Both the position numbers and the translations under genes were made by a program. From NCBI GenBank assembly GCA_964558005.1, contig CAZLCO010000006.1, forward strand, positions 563-64,562: 64,000 nucleotides of DNA, written 5' to 3'. The notes under the pieces were generated by a model, which was given only the letters and a program-made list of their open reading frames with translations, did not search any database and was not told the DNA's origin. This document shows positions 31,939 through 41,208 of this stretch, one piece after another. This DNA comes from an uncultured Gammaproteobacteria bacterium (GTDB lineage: Bacteria; Cyanobacteriota; Vampirovibrionia; Gastranaerophilales; UBA9971). The stretch's first letter is position 1. Each line of letters opens with the position of its first letter.

Positions 31939-33165
31939 ATGAAAAGAGTTTTATCTGTTAGATTACACGGTGCTCCTGTTGGTATTCTTGAAGAAAACCA
32001 AGGTACTTTGGAATTTAAATATCTCACAGAAGTTAAAAGGCCTTTATCTCTGTGTCTGCCTATTCAGGAAGAATCTTTCAGGGGAACGGTCTGTAATGCT
32101 TATTTTGGCGGGTTACTACCTGAGAATGAAAATACAAGGAAAGCAATCGGAAGAAGGTTTGGAATAAATTCAAATAATACGTTTAGCCTTTTATCAGTAA
32201 TAGGACTTGATTGCGCAGGAGCTGTATCGTTTCACGAACTAGATGTGCCAGTAATTGAAAATAATAGCTTCCAGTTGCAGGGTAAAATCCTTAGTGATGA
32301 CGAGCTTGAAGAATATATAAACTCATTACCACTACCACCGGTGTTAGAAGAAACTGTTGAAATTCGCATATCCCTCGCAGGAGTTCAGGAAAAAACAGCA
32401 GTTTGCCTTATAGATAATAAAATTGCACTCCCAATTGGAGGTTGCCCCACAACTCATATTCTTAAACCAGCTTCTAACATATTTCCTGAGCTTATAGAAA
32501 ATGAATATCTATGCCTTAAAACAGCTAAAGCAGTGGGTATAAATGTTCCGCAGGTTGAACTCAGACAGGTGAAAGAATTGAAGTATTTCCTGATCCAAAG
32601 ATACGACAGGGAAATAGTTGATAATAAAATAAGGCGTATTCATCAGGAAGATTTTGCCCAGGCTCTTGGGTTCCCTTCTTCACAAAAGTATGAACAGGAA
32701 GAAGGTGCAGGCTTTAAAGACTGTTTTAACCTCATAAGTAAGTTTTCTGTTCCTGCTACTGATCGAATCAGATTTGTGGAACGTGCTGTGTTTAACTATT
32801 TAATAGGCAATACTGATGCCCATGCAAAGAACTTCTCCTTACTCCATAAAGACAATGGCGTAATCCAGCTTGCTCCTGCTTATGATATCCTGTGCACTAT
32901 GGCTTATGAAAAGCATAGTCAATGGATGGCAATGAAAATTGGGAATGCTATTAGGATTTCTACAGTTAAATTAAGAGATTGGGAAGATTTTGCTGATACT
33001 GTTGGCTTCAGGTATAAAGGTTTAGAGGAAATTATAAAAAAACAGAGCGATCAAATTCCTGCAATCCTAGAAAAAGAACTTCAGAATATTAAAAATATGG
33101 GATTCGATAATACTATAGGTGAAAAAATCCTCAAATACGCAGTAAAAACTTGTAGCAATATTTAG
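31939..33165 (+). CDS. hipA: HipA-family serine/threonine kinase toxin
   Basis: 408 aa with an N-terminal HipA coupling domain (LSVRLHGAPVGILE), SLAGVQEK and the catalytic GNTDAHAKNFSLL. Confidence 0.9.
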   Translation: MKRVLSVRLHGAPVGILEENQGTLEFKYLTEVKRPLSLCLPIQEESFRGTVCNAYFGGLLPENENTRKAIGRRFGINSNNTFSLLSVIGLDCAGAVSFHELDVPVIENNSFQLQGKILSDDELEEYINSLPLPPVLEETVEIRISLAGVQEKTAVCLIDNKIALPIGGCPTTHILKPASNIFPELIENEYLCLKTAKAVGINVPQVELRQVKELKYFLIQRYDREIVDNKIRRIHQEDFAQALGFPSSQKYEQEEGAGFKDCFNLISKFSVPATDRIRFVERAVFNYLIGNTDAHAKNFSLLHKDNGVIQLAPAYDILCTMAYEKHSQWMAMKIGNAIRISTVKLRDWEDFADTVGFRYKGLEEIIKKQSDQIPAILEKELQNIKNMGFDNTIGEKILKYAVKTCSNI

Positions 33166-33189
33166 CCAAATTTACTGTTTTAAAATTTC

Positions 33190-33213
33190 ATGGCACAAAA
33201 ATGGCACAAAATT
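33190..33213 (+). repeat. Tandem ATGGCACAAAA motif (right copy)
   Basis: ATGGCACAAAAATGGCACAAAATT, ending 22 nt before the tRNA-Arg 3' end. Confidence 0.6.
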
Positions 33214-33235
33214 GAAGGGTGGTTTTGGAAAGGTA

Positions 33236-33309
33236 TGCGCCTGGCGGGATTCGAACCCACGACCTACGGCTTCGGAGACCGTCACTCTATCCAACTGAGC
33301 TACAGGCGC
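33236..33309 (-). tRNA. tRNA-Arg (anticodon CCG), no encoded CCA
   Basis: The reverse complement folds as acceptor GCGCCTG/CAGGCGC, anticodon arm ACGGT-CTCCGAA-GCCGT and T arm GTGGG-TTCGAAT-CCCGC. Confidence 0.92.
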
Positions 33310-33379
33310 AAGATGCGATAACTATTATACAATAATTGTACCTTGACACCAGTACATAATAAAGAAGTAAAATTATGTT

Positions 33380-35455
33380 ATGTCTAATAAAATACTCGAA
33401 AATAATTTACAAATACTGTCTAAATATAATAGAAAATTGGCCGAAAAAATCACGGGGATAATTGATTTAAAACATAATTATGAAATAAAAGAGGCTAAAT
33501 CCGGTGACAGTATACTGTTTAAAGACGGAATAGCTGTTGATGACCCTGTTGACCCTGTCTGGAATGCGCTTGAGCGTTATAATAAACTTGAAGAAAAGTC
33601 TAATAAAGGAATAACAATACTTTATGGGTTTGGACTGGGATATGTTTTAAAGGAATTTGCAAAAAGATATAACGGAAAAATTATTGTATACGAGCCAAAT
33701 CTTGAAATTTTAAGGATAGTTTTTGAACTGGCTGATTTTACTCAGGAATTAGCTAATAAAAAAATACGGATAACCGCGGACTATGATGATATAAGGGCTG
33801 CGTACCTTGCCTTGTTTTTTAAAGATTATAAGTTAAACATCGTTCCCTTGAATTATTACGAAAATGATTCTGCTGAAAATAGCGCAGTATTTAAGGAAGA
33901 AATAGAAAAAATTCACGGCACTTACCAGTCTAATTATAGAAATTTAATGGAAAAGGGCCAAAAATGGACTTTGTCATTATTTAATAATTTACCTCAGGTT
34001 TATAAATATCAGGATTTACATGCATTGAAAGATAAATCCAGGGGGAAAACAGCTGTTATAATATCAGCGGGGCCTTCTTTGGATAAAAATATTCAGGAAT
34101 TGAGAGCCTACAGAGATAAAGTAGTGGTTTTTTGTGTTGGCACTGCTTTAAAAACATCCTTAAAATATGGGATTATACCTGATTTTGCTGTTGTTATAGA
34201 AACAAGTCCTAATACTCTAAAACAGATTGATGTCCCCGAAATATCTGAAATTAATGTAATTAATGCAACAAATGTATTTAACGGTGTTTTTAATGTTAAG
34301 CCAAAATGTTTTTTAAATTATCATTTAAATAAAGACGCAGCTTCAATTTGGCTTGGCGAATTATTGCAGGTGCCTTTAAAAGAGTATGAAACCGCGGGCA
34401 CTGTTTCTATAATAGCCCTGTTTTCAGCAAAAATGATGGGGATGGACAAAATAATTCTTATCGGTCAGGATTTGGCCTATACGAATAATCAATGTTATTC
34501 AAAAGATTCTTTATATGGCGGGTATTCCCTTGATGAAAAAAAATTCGTCAGCATCTCAGATAGGGATAAGTTCAAAAACGAAGTCGATGTTGAGGATAAT
34601 ATCCTGGAAAAACATATGGAAAAATTGAGCGAAAACCTGTTTTATATAAAAGGGCTGAACGGGGAACGAGTTATAAGCCGAAGCGACTTGATTTTATTTA
34701 TAACTTATTTTGAGGAAATCGCCGAAAAACATGGCTCAGAAATTAAACTGGTAAACTCAACAGAAGGCGGTGCCTATATAAAAGGTTATGAACATATAAA
34801 ATTTAAAGAGGCCCTGCAAAAATATACTGACGAAATTATTGACAAAAAAGAGCTGGAAAATTCTTTAAAACTGGGCAATAAAGAGTTTAAAAAAAGGAAA
34901 AATATCCTGATAAAAGAATTAAGTGAAATTATTAAAAATAACTATGAAGTTAATAACCTGGCAGAAAAGGCCCTTAATGATTATATTTTGCCCAGTTTTA
35001 GTCCACAAATAGCTGAAGGGCTAGAAGGGTTTTTGAAATCTTATAGTCGTTTTTTTGAAATAGAGATTTTAAAACTAAATAAAACAAAGTTAACTGCTGA
35101 AGAAGAGGATTTAAGAGAAAAAGAAAGAGAAAATTCTTCAAATTTCATCGAAATGTTTATAAATGACATAAAAAATCTACTTAAAGAAGACCCTCAAAGG
35201 TTTTCTGAAAATTTAATGGCAATAAAAAATAATTACTTTGCTTTAAAAAACATTATTTTTAAAAATGTTCTGTTAAAAAATTTAAATTACAGATATTTTT
35301 TATTAATAGATAACCAAATTAAAGATTTTGAGGATACTGATAGAGATTTAACAAATCTTTTTAGTACAATTTCCAGGCTTTTTCTAAACCTGAAGGCTGC
35401 TAACCCAAACCTTATGAATATTTTAAGACAAACAATAAAGAAAATAGAGGAATAA
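33380..35455 (+). CDS. Maf-like (motility accessory factor, DUF115/MptE-like) putative protein glycosyltransferase 1
   Basis: 691 aa. Central block TAVIISAGPSLDKNI...VVFCVGTALK...IIPDFAVVIE...GQDLAYT is typical of DUF115 Maf proteins and is flanked by helical regions. Confidence 0.7.
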   Translation: MSNKILENNLQILSKYNRKLAEKITGIIDLKHNYEIKEAKSGDSILFKDGIAVDDPVDPVWNALERYNKLEEKSNKGITILYGFGLGYVLKEFAKRYNGKIIVYEPNLEILRIVFELADFTQELANKKIRITADYDDIRAAYLALFFKDYKLNIVPLNYYENDSAENSAVFKEEIEKIHGTYQSNYRNLMEKGQKWTLSLFNNLPQVYKYQDLHALKDKSRGKTAVIISAGPSLDKNIQELRAYRDKVVVFCVGTALKTSLKYGIIPDFAVVIETSPNTLKQIDVPEISEINVINATNVFNGVFNVKPKCFLNYHLNKDAASIWLGELLQVPLKEYETAGTVSIIALFSAKMMGMDKIILIGQDLAYTNNQCYSKDSLYGGYSLDEKKFVSISDRDKFKNEVDVEDNILEKHMEKLSENLFYIKGLNGERVISRSDLILFITYFEEIAEKHGSEIKLVNSTEGGAYIKGYEHIKFKEALQKYTDEIIDKKELENSLKLGNKEFKKRKNILIKELSEIIKNNYEVNNLAEKALNDYILPSFSPQIAEGLEGFLKSYSRFFEIEILKLNKTKLTAEEEDLREKERENSSNFIEMFINDIKNLLKEDPQRFSENLMAIKNNYFALKNIIFKNVLLKNLNYRYFLLIDNQIKDFEDTDRDLTNLFSTISRLFLNLKAANPNLMNILRQTIKKIEE

Positions 35456-35456
35456 G

Positions 35457-37229
35457 ATGGGAGTAAATAATATAAACACTGAATTTCAATTAACAAACGC
35501 AGCATCAGAAGATGTAAACCTGATTTACAAAGGTATTCCGCTGCACTCAAACGAAAACCCGCAACAGGAAGCTGTTGAAGAATTCAAAAAAGCAGGGCAG
35601 TCTAAAATTATTGTCATAATAGGACTTGGGTTGGGTTATTTACTAAAAAGAGTCTTTATAAGCTCAAATAGTAAAATAATAGTTTTTGAGCCGGACAGGG
35701 AGCTAAGCGATTTTACGCTGAGAGCAGTTGATTTTAATCAGGAATTGCAAAGCGGAAGGGTTTTTATTGCCAGTTCTTATGAAGAATTATCTAAAACAAT
35801 TGAATCAATTTATCAATATAAAGATAAACTAAGCGTTTTAAAGTTAAAGTCAGCTGATTTGCTTTATCCTGGGCAAATTAAAAATATTTCACTGGAACTG
35901 CCCAAATTATTAAACAATCTCGAGTCCAACTTTACAACTTTATATGCCCGTTCCTGGCTATGGTTGTTAAATGGGTACAGTAAATTAAGATTTTGCGAAA
36001 ATGACTATTCAATCAATATCCTAGAAGGCAAATATAAAGACAAAGCAGCACTTATAGTCTCACCAGGTCCTTCCCTGGATAAAAATATAGAAATAATAAA
36101 AAATAATAGGGAAAAATTTATTGTTTTCTGTGTTAATGTCGCCTATAAAAAATTAATAAAAAACAGCATAGTGCCTGATTTTATTGTTTACCTTGACGGG
36201 ACTGACAACCTCTATACAATAAAAGATTTTGAACATTCTCAAGCTAATATAATCAAACATTCCCTGGCTTACGGTAAAATAACAGATGAATTAAGCCCAA
36301 ATAAATTTTTTACTTTTTACTGCAAAAATGACCTTATATCGAGATGGATAGCAAAACAAACCGTTTTCTCGCTTGAAAATCATGAAACAAAGGGTTCAGT
36401 TTCTCATCTTGCCCTGCAGGCAGCATATAATATGGGCTGCAATCCCATTGTTTTAGCGGGACAGGACTTAGCATACACTGACGGTAAAGTATATTCTTCC
36501 GGTAGCTACTGGGGAGAGAATGCGGAAAAAAATGAAAATTTTGAAAAAAAGATGAAAAAAATGCAGGAAACCTCCGTATTAAAAGTAAAAGGTCAGGATG
36601 GAGAACTGATTGACACGTCGCCCGATTATGCGGGGTTTATAAGTCATTTTGAGGAATTTGCTTTACAAAACAAAGATAAGGTTGAATTAATTAACTGTTC
36701 TACCGACGGCGCACAGTTAAACGGATATGAAAATAAAGGCTTTCAGGACACAGCAAATGAGTTGGAGCCTGTTGGCATAAATATCAGAGAAAGCCTGAAT
36801 GAAATAATAAAACAGGAAAAAGACCCCTTTAGGGAAAATTATTACAAAATACAGGAGCAAATAAAACTTTTTGCCTGTGAGGCCCAAAAAACCTTAACCC
36901 TTGCAGAAAAAGGCTTAAAATATTCTAAAAGCCTGGAACAGGAGCTAAAAAAAAGACAGCTTAACCCGGCCAAAATAGGTCAGCTTGCAAATAAAATCAT
37001 TAAAACATTTGATGAGATTGATGGAAAATTTTTTAAAAAATGGGAATTCTCAATCTATATTGCCCTTAAGGAATTAAATGATTTTTATGAGGTGCTTGAT
37101 AACCAATCAGGAAAAGACGATGCCTCAATGCTTTTTGAGCTGGCAAAAACTTCACGAAATTTTTTTTCAATTTCTTTTCAGCGTTTAAGAAATACTGTAA
37201 ATGAACAGTTACCTTTAATATTAAATTAA
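35457..37229 (+). CDS. Maf-like (DUF115/MptE-like) putative protein glycosyltransferase 2
   Basis: 590-aa paralogue of the preceding gene (AALIVSPGPSLDKNI...FIVFCVNVAYK...IVPDFIVYLD...GQDLAYT). Its start lies 1 nt after the upstream stop. Confidence 0.7.
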   Translation: MGVNNINTEFQLTNAASEDVNLIYKGIPLHSNENPQQEAVEEFKKAGQSKIIVIIGLGLGYLLKRVFISSNSKIIVFEPDRELSDFTLRAVDFNQELQSGRVFIASSYEELSKTIESIYQYKDKLSVLKLKSADLLYPGQIKNISLELPKLLNNLESNFTTLYARSWLWLLNGYSKLRFCENDYSINILEGKYKDKAALIVSPGPSLDKNIEIIKNNREKFIVFCVNVAYKKLIKNSIVPDFIVYLDGTDNLYTIKDFEHSQANIIKHSLAYGKITDELSPNKFFTFYCKNDLISRWIAKQTVFSLENHETKGSVSHLALQAAYNMGCNPIVLAGQDLAYTDGKVYSSGSYWGENAEKNENFEKKMKKMQETSVLKVKGQDGELIDTSPDYAGFISHFEEFALQNKDKVELINCSTDGAQLNGYENKGFQDTANELEPVGINIRESLNEIIKQEKDPFRENYYKIQEQIKLFACEAQKTLTLAEKGLKYSKSLEQELKKRQLNPAKIGQLANKIIKTFDEIDGKFFKKWEFSIYIALKELNDFYEVLDNQSGKDDASMLFELAKTSRNFFSISFQRLRNTVNEQLPLILN

Positions 37230-37246
37230 TATAAAATATATTTATT

Positions 37247-38575
37247 ATGGAAACTAAACAAATTTCATTAAAAGAAAAACTGATAGAAAAGTTTAATACT
37301 CGCTCAGCTAAAATAGGCGTGGTTGGACTTGGTTATGTTGGTTTACCCCTTGCGGTGTGTAAGGCAAAAGTAGGATTTGAAGTAATCGGCATCGAAATGT
37401 CAGAAAAAAGAGTTAATTCTGTCAACCATGGCAATAACTATATAGATGACGTGGACGACAATGAATTCCTTGAGCTTGTCACAAAAAGAAGAATTAAAGC
37501 TGTTAAGGATTTTAGTGTAGTAAAAGACCTAGACGCAATAATAATATGTGTCCCTACTCCATTAACAGCCAACAGGGAGCCTGATATTACCTATATAAAA
37601 AATGTAACAACTGAAATATCAAAATATATGCGTGCAGGCCAGCTTATCAGCCTGGAAAGCACAACATATCCAGGGACTACACAGGACGTTATGTTGCCTA
37701 TACTTGAAACCAGCGGCTTAAAAGTGGGCGAAGATTTTTTCCTGACATTTTCCCCGGAAAGGGTAGACCCGGGAAATGACAGGTATAATACACACAATAT
37801 CAGCAAGGTATTGGGCGGAATTACCCCGGCATGTACTGAAGTGGGAATGGCGCTTTACAAGCAGTCAATCATTAATATTTATCCTGTGTCCTCACCCGCT
37901 GCGGCGGAAATGGTAAAAGTATTTGAAAATACATTTAGATCGGTCAATATAGCGCTGGTTAATGAATTGTTGATACTGTGTGACAAAATGAACCTTAACG
38001 TATGGGAAATCCTGGATGCAGCAGCAACAAAACCTTTTGGGATTATGAGTTTTTATCCGGGTCCAGGTGTAGGAGGGCACTGTATTCCTATTGACCCGTT
38101 TTATTTAACATGGAAAGCAAGGGAATACAATTTCCACACAAGATTTATTGAACTTGCGGGTGAAATCAATGCTTTAATGCCTAATTTCGTAAGGTATAAA
38201 ATTACAAAAGCATTAAATAAAATTAAAAAGCCATTAAACGGTTCAAAAATTTTAATCCTCGGCGTTGCTTACAAAAAAGATATTAACGATTCAAGGCAGT
38301 CACCTGCGGAAGAAATAATAAGGTCCATAAGGCAGGAAGGCGCTGAAGTTATTTATAATGACCCTTATATACCTGACTACAGCGTAGATGGAGAACCTTT
38401 TAAATCCCGGGAGCTTACTGAAAAATTACTTTCAGAGGCTGATATTGCGGTGATAGTGTCTGACCATTCCTGCTATGACTATAACTGGATTGTAAAGCAC
38501 TGCGATTTGGTATTGGATACAAGGAATTCAACAAAAAATATAAAGGAAAACAGAGATAAAATAATATTGCTTTAG
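37247..38575 (+). CDS. wbpA: UDP-N-acetyl-D-glucosamine 6-dehydrogenase (nucleotide-sugar dehydrogenase)
   Basis: 442 aa with NAD motif IGVVGLGYVGLPLA and catalytic GGHCIPIDP. It is the first of five genes matching the WbpA/B/D/E/I pathway order. Confidence 0.8.
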   Translation: METKQISLKEKLIEKFNTRSAKIGVVGLGYVGLPLAVCKAKVGFEVIGIEMSEKRVNSVNHGNNYIDDVDDNEFLELVTKRRIKAVKDFSVVKDLDAIIICVPTPLTANREPDITYIKNVTTEISKYMRAGQLISLESTTYPGTTQDVMLPILETSGLKVGEDFFLTFSPERVDPGNDRYNTHNISKVLGGITPACTEVGMALYKQSIINIYPVSSPAAAEMVKVFENTFRSVNIALVNELLILCDKMNLNVWEILDAAATKPFGIMSFYPGPGVGGHCIPIDPFYLTWKAREYNFHTRFIELAGEINALMPNFVRYKITKALNKIKKPLNGSKILILGVAYKKDINDSRQSPAEEIIRSIRQEGAEVIYNDPYIPDYSVDGEPFKSRELTEKLLSEADIAVIVSDHSCYDYNWIVKHCDLVLDTRNSTKNIKENRDKIILL

Positions 38576-38582
38576 GTGAAAA

Positions 38583-39536
38583 ATGAATATATGTATTGTT
38601 GGTTGTGGGCGTTGGGGAAAAAATCACGTAAGGACATATCATGAATTAGGGGCCCTTTACGGTGTATGCGAAAAAAGCCCTGAATTAAAGAAATATCTAC
38701 AGGAAACTTACCCCGGTGTTCGGATATTCGAAGATTTTGACGAAGCTTTAAGAGATAAAAAAATAGATGGAATTGTAATTGCAACTCCTGCCCAAACTCA
38801 TTATGAGCTGGCCAAAAAATCACTGGAAGCCGGTTTTCCTACTTTTGTGGAAAAGCCGATTTGTTTAAATTTAAAGGATAGCGAATATTTAACTAATTTA
38901 TCCGAATCACTAAACCTGCCGTTAATGGTGGGCCATATACTTGAATACCACCCTGCTGTCCTAAAAATGAAAGAGCTTGTCGATTCCGGAGAAATAGGCG
39001 GGATTAAACACATACGGTGTACACGTATTAACCTTGGGAAAATCAGGAATAACGAAAATATATGGTGGAGTTTTGCGCCTCACGACCTGTCAATTATTTT
39101 TAAGTTTATAAAAGAAGAGCCTGTTAAGGTGAAAACTTCTTCATTCCGGCCGATACAGGAAAACATTGAAGATACTGTTTATGCGGATTTGTTATTTAAA
39201 AGCGGCCAGAGCGCACATATTCACGTAAGCTGGCTTGAGCCGGAAAAGCTGCATCAAACTGTGATAGTAGGCGAAACAGGAATGCTTGTTTTCAATGATA
39301 CAAAACAGGAAGACAAGTTAAAACTTGTAAAATACAGCTATGACAGTAACAATGTTTTACTGAACAGGGAAGAGGAAAAGGTTATTGATTTTGAGCCATT
39401 GCAACCCTTAAAACAGGAATGCCTACACTTTATGGAATGTATTAAAGAAAATAAAACACCTATAACAGACGGAAGAAGCGCATGTAAAATAATAAATATA
39501 ATAGAACAGGCTGACAGAGAATTAGCATTAAAATGA
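38583..39536 (+). CDS. wbpB: Gfo/Idh/MocA oxidoreductase, probable UDP-GlcNAcA 3-oxidase
   Basis: 317 aa with an N-terminal Rossmann motif (IVGCGRWGKNH) and EKP motif (FVEKP). Named from its position between the wbpA-like and wbpD-like genes. Confidence 0.65.
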   Translation: MNICIVGCGRWGKNHVRTYHELGALYGVCEKSPELKKYLQETYPGVRIFEDFDEALRDKKIDGIVIATPAQTHYELAKKSLEAGFPTFVEKPICLNLKDSEYLTNLSESLNLPLMVGHILEYHPAVLKMKELVDSGEIGGIKHIRCTRINLGKIRNNENIWWSFAPHDLSIIFKFIKEEPVKVKTSSFRPIQENIEDTVYADLLFKSGQSAHIHVSWLEPEKLHQTVIVGETGMLVFNDTKQEDKLKLVKYSYDSNNVLLNREEEKVIDFEPLQPLKQECLHFMECIKENKTPITDGRSACKIINIIEQADRELALK

Positions 39537-40111
39537 AAAATTACTTTGTACATGAATCATCATACGTTGACGAACCCTGCGAAATAGGCGAGGGGACAAA
39601 AATTTGGCACTTTTGCCACATAATGAAAAACTGCAAAATCGGCAAAAACTGCAAAATCGGGCAAAACGTGGTAATCTCTCCCGGCGTGGAAATAGGTAAT
39701 AACGTTAAAATACAGAATAATGTATCAGTTTATACAGGTGTAAAGCTCGAGGACGATGTGTTCTGCGGGCCTTCAATGGTTTTCACAAATATTATAAACC
39801 CCCGGTGCGAATACCCGAGAAACACTGAAGATGATTATTACAAAACCCTTGTGAAAAAAGGAGTTTCAATAGGGGCAAATGCAACAATCGTCTGCGGAAA
39901 GCAAATAGGAAGATATGCTTTTGTGGGTGCGGGTTCTGTTGTCACGAAAGATATACCGGACCATGCACTTGTTTGCGGAAACCCTGCTAAAATTATCGGG
40001 TGGATGTGCGAATGCGGGATTAAACTCGATTTTAAAAATGAAAAAGCTATATGCAAAGAGTGTTCTAAAGAATACACAAAACATAATAATAATGTTGAAA
40101 GGAAAAAATAG
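39533..40111 (+). CDS. wbpD: Left-handed beta-helix N-acetyltransferase, probable UDP-GlcNAc3NA 3-N-acetyltransferase
   Basis: 192 aa with hexapeptide repeats (IGKNCKIGQNVVISPGVEIGNNVKI) and a WbpD/WlbB-like N-terminus (VHESSYVDEPCEIGEGTKIWHFCHI). Confidence 0.75.
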   Translation: MKNYFVHESSYVDEPCEIGEGTKIWHFCHIMKNCKIGKNCKIGQNVVISPGVEIGNNVKIQNNVSVYTGVKLEDDVFCGPSMVFTNIINPRCEYPRNTEDDYYKTLVKKGVSIGANATIVCGKQIGRYAFVGAGSVVTKDIPDHALVCGNPAKIIGWMCECGIKLDFKNEKAICKECSKEYTKHNNNVERKK

Positions 40112-41208
40112 TGATACCGATTTTAAACTTAACAAAGCAATATGAAAGTATAAAAGAAGAATTAAATAAAGCGCTGCTTGAGGTTGCCGAGTCCGGGAAA
40201 TATATTTTAGGCCCTGCTGTAAAGGATTTTGAAACAAACTGTTCAAAATACCTGGGCATAAGTAATTCTATAGGAGTTGCATCAGGTACGGACGCCCTGC
40301 ACCTTGCACTGCGCGCGCTGGGAATCGGTCCCGGCGATGAGGTAATAACTGTGGCTTTTACTTTTGTGGCCACAACAGAAGCAATCGGTATAGTAGACGC
40401 AACACCGGTTTTTGCGGACATTAACCCCGATACTTTTAATATAGACCCTGGGCTTATTGAAGCAAAAATAACATCAAGAACAAAAGCTATCCTCCCTGTT
40501 CATCTATACGGACAACCGTGTGAAATGGATAAAATTATGGAAATAGCCAAAAAGCATAATTTATACGTGGTAGAAGACTGCGCCCAGGCTTTTGGAGCTG
40601 AGTACAAAGGCAAAAAGGTCGGAACTTTCGGCGAATTAGGATGTTTTAGCTTCTTCCCTTCCAAAAACCTCGGCTGCATGGGAGACGGCGGACTTGTTAC
40701 AACAAACAGCGAAAAATTTGCCGAAAAAATAAGGGCTTTAAGGGCTCACGGCGGAAGGGTTAAATACCATCATGAGGAACTGGGCGTAAACAGCAGGCTC
40801 GACACAATGCAGGCAGCCGTACTGAACGTAAAACTTAAATATATTGACCGCTGGAACGAAGCCAGGAGAAAAGCTGCGTACGGATATAAAGAAATGTTTG
40901 AAGGTTCTGAAATAATAACCCCGACAGAAATTGACGATGTTAAAGCTGTTTATCATCAATATACGGTAAAAGTGAATGACAGAGACAATATACAGCAAAA
41001 ATTAAAGGAGTCTGGGGTGGGCACAATGGTTTATTACCCTATTCCCCTGCACAAACAACAGGTACATGCCCATCTTGAGCCGGTTAACCTGCCAAACACC
41101 GAAAAATGTACCGAAGTTGTGCTTTCTTTGCCGATTTTCCCTGAACTGACAGAGGGAGAACAAAGGCAGGTTGTTGACTCGCTTATGAAAGTAAAGGCCG
41201 TTAAATGA
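40111..41208 (+). CDS. wbpE: DegT/DnrJ/EryC1-family PLP aminotransferase, probable UDP-3-keto-GlcNAcA aminotransferase
   Basis: 365 aa with the PLP-lysine region FSFFPSKNLG and GTDALHLAL. GTG start overlaps the upstream stop by 1 nt. Confidence 0.78.
   Translation: MIPILNLTKQYESIKEELNKALLEVAESGKYILGPAVKDFETNCSKYLGISNSIGVASGTDALHLALRALGIGPGDEVITVAFTFVATTEAIGIVDATPVFADINPDTFNIDPGLIEAKITSRTKAILPVHLYGQPCEMDKIMEIAKKHNLYVVEDCAQAFGAEYKGKKVGTFGELGCFSFFPSKNLGCMGDGGLVTTNSEKFAEKIRALRAHGGRVKYHHEELGVNSRLDTMQAAVLNVKLKYIDRWNEARRKAAYGYKEMFEGSEIITPTEIDDVKAVYHQYTVKVNDRDNIQQKLKESGVGTMVYYPIPLHKQQVHAHLEPVNLPNTEKCTEVVLSLPIFPELTEGEQRQVVDSLMKVKAVK

Larger units (their letters stand above)
29290..33309. mobile_element. 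Decayed integrative island in tRNA-Arg(CCG)
   Basis: An intact tRNA-Arg at 33236-33309 is matched by a 42-nt copy of its 3' segment at 29290-29331 (3 mismatches, same orientation). The interval contains an integrase fragment, an AAA ATPase and hipBA, with tandem ATGGCACAAAA motifs near both ends. Confidence 0.75.
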
